Positions 27,263-28,644 of a DNA stretch of 28,644 bases are shown piece after piece; within the stretch, counting starts at the first letter, position 1, and each line of letters begins with the position of its first letter. Both the position numbers and the translations under genes were made by a program. The DNA is taken from the NCBI GenBank assembly GCA_051531975.1, contig JAOPTT010000024.1, forward strand, positions 1 to 28,644, written 5' to 3'. The notes below the pieces were generated by a model, which was given only the letters and a program-made list of their open reading frames with translations, was not told where the DNA came from and did no database searches. Source of the DNA: Spirochaetaceae bacterium (GTDB taxonomy: Bacteria; Spirochaetota; Spirochaetia; DSM-2461).

Positions 27263-28417
27263 TTAATATTTGATGGAAGCCAAAAACTTCTTGATAGAGG
27301 AAGTTAGTTTAAAGAAATCATCTCTTTTGGAATATTTACCAAATGAAATTCTTAGAGAAGTTTTACATCTTTTTATATCTCTTCCCATTTCTTCTAATAC
27401 ATAAGACTCTCTATTTATATCTCCTGTACAAGCAGAAAGTCTGCTTAGCTGAATATTTTCTTTGTTTAAATGGAAAAGTAGATCCTCAATTTTTTCTAGT
27501 TCTGGAAATGAAATATTTATAATACCTGGAACTCCATACTCAGAAGATTCTATGTAATATTGGTATTCAAGTTTAGAAATGATAAATAAAGCTTCTGTGT
27601 GCAGTATTTTTAACTCATTAATCCCGTTGTTAAAGTCATTAATTAGTAAATTTGTAGCTTCTAACAATGCAATTACACTTGGTGTATTAAAGGTTCCTGT
27701 AAATAAAGAGAAAGGTAGTGGAGTATCTTCTAGTTTGAAGTCTATGTTGTCATCTTTTAATAATAGAGCTGCAGCACCTTGCAAACCATAAATTTTATGG
27801 CCACTATAATAAAAACCATCACAGTAGGGTAGCCAACTCTTAAAGTTTATTCTGGAGATTGTCTGAACTGCGTCGAATATTACTTTTACTTTATATTTAT
27901 TCGCTAATTCATATACTTTTATAAAGGGTTGAATTATCCCGGTTTCGTGATTTACTGGGGAGTAGATAAGAACTGGATTGTTTTTTTTGTATTTTAACAA
28001 TTGCCCTAGAGATTTTAGGTCGATTTGACCACTGTCATCAACACCTATTTTTACTTTTGAACTTTCTAAAAGTGATTTATGTTCAATGGTTGTTGATATT
28101 ATCTCTCTATTTCTCAATATATCTTCTATTCTTTTTATTAAAGATGAGGAACTACAATCAAAGTAGATATTAAAATTATCACAACCTAAAACTTTTTTTG
28201 TACTGATAATTTCTTTTTCTAATAGGTTAAAGAGATTTACTCCTCTACTATTCTGGGCCGAAGGATTACCCCAAAAATTCCTATTAAACTGATCTACCTT
28301 AGCTAGAACCTCTGAACAAGGCTTTGTTGTCGCATTATAATCTAGATAAACATCTCTTTTATCTAATAAAATTCTGTTTTTCGTTATTCTCTTTCGTAAG
28401 TTACATCCACAGGACAT
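27263..28417 (-). CDS. Cysteine desulfurase-like class V PLP enzyme (IscS/NifS family, divergent)
   Basis: YLDYNATT, GNPS, EH, NHETG, DAVQ, SGHKIYG (PLP Lys), SACT (catalytic Cys) and LRISFG motifs. AAGGAG SD. Confidence 0.88.
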   Translation of the reverse strand: MSCGCNLRKRITKNRILLDKRDVYLDYNATTKPCSEVLAKVDQFNRNFWGNPSAQNSRGVNLFNLLEKEIISTKKVLGCDNFNIYFDCSSSSLIKRIEDILRNREIISTTIEHKSLLESSKVKIGVDDSGQIDLKSLGQLLKYKKNNPVLIYSPVNHETGIIQPFIKVYELANKYKVKVIFDAVQTISRINFKSWLPYCDGFYYSGHKIYGLQGAAALLLKDDNIDFKLEDTPLPFSLFTGTFNTPSVIALLEATNLLINDFNNGINELKILHTEALFIISKLEYQYYIESSEYGVPGIINISFPELEKIEDLLFHLNKENIQLSRLSACTGDINRESYVLEEMGRDIKRCKTSLRISFGKYSKRDDFFKLTSSIKKFLASIKY

Positions 28418-28489
28418 TTGAGCTCCTTAAGAAAAATATCGACAAAAAATTTGTATATTATAAATAATTGAATTATATTTAATATTACG

Positions 28490-28518
28490 TTGACTAAAAT
28501 ATACCAGATTGTTATATT
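28490..28518 (+). promoter_or_regulatory. Strong sigma70-type promoter (P1-like) firing rightwards
   Basis: TTGACT-N17-TATATT with TG extension, AT-rich upstream region and a relatively GC-rich discriminator (ACGTCTCG). Confidence 0.6.
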
Positions 28519-28593
28519 ACGTCTCGTTGTTGCGGGTAAAACCTTAATGTTTAAGTATCTAAAAAACTTAAAAATTAAAAGTTAAACTCTGCA

Positions 28594-28630
28594 GAAATAA
28601 AAAAAAGTTAATTTTTATTTATTGTTGACA
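28594..28630 (+). promoter_or_regulatory. UP element plus -35 box of a second promoter (P2-like); its -10 lies beyond the window
   Basis: A/T tracts followed by perfect TTGACA at 28625-28630. Confidence 0.5.
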
Positions 28631-28644
28631 AAAAAATGGTGAAT

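Noticed and set aside
27263..28417. DndA of a DNA phosphorothioation system
   Set aside because: No dndB-E or ssp genes in the window; a desulfurase alone is insufficient evidence.

Overview
AT-rich bacterial chromosome window, mostly housekeeping genes. A free-living spirochaete is inferred (not shown) from the GGDG/PKTIDND-type phosphofructokinase, groEL without an adjacent groES, a FapA/DUF342 gene and sigma28-like promoter motifs. Left to right: the 5' part of a large acidic repeat protein on the minus strand (missed by the ORF track because it runs off the window edge), ftsB-like/tsaC, an orphan ABC ATPase, pfkA><pgi, and a three-gene signalling island (membrane-anchored coiled-coil/beta-sandwich protein, membrane class III nucleotide cyclase, divergent MscS-cNMP-binding channel). 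These are followed by argR-argC-argB-argD-argG with tandem ARG boxes, fapA, birA, groEL, a hypothetical gene with yajC-secD-secF, a CE4 deacetylase with ispH, a clostripain-like lipoprotein, a divergent cysteine desulfurase, and tandem promoters at the right edge that may precede an rRNA/tRNA locus. No mobile element, CRISPR array or RNA gene was recognised. The best candidate for a novel system is the cyclase/MscS-CNBD/stalk-protein island (6726-11916), followed by the hierarchical hexapeptide-repeat protein at the left edge. All assignments come from motif recognition by eye; no searches were run.
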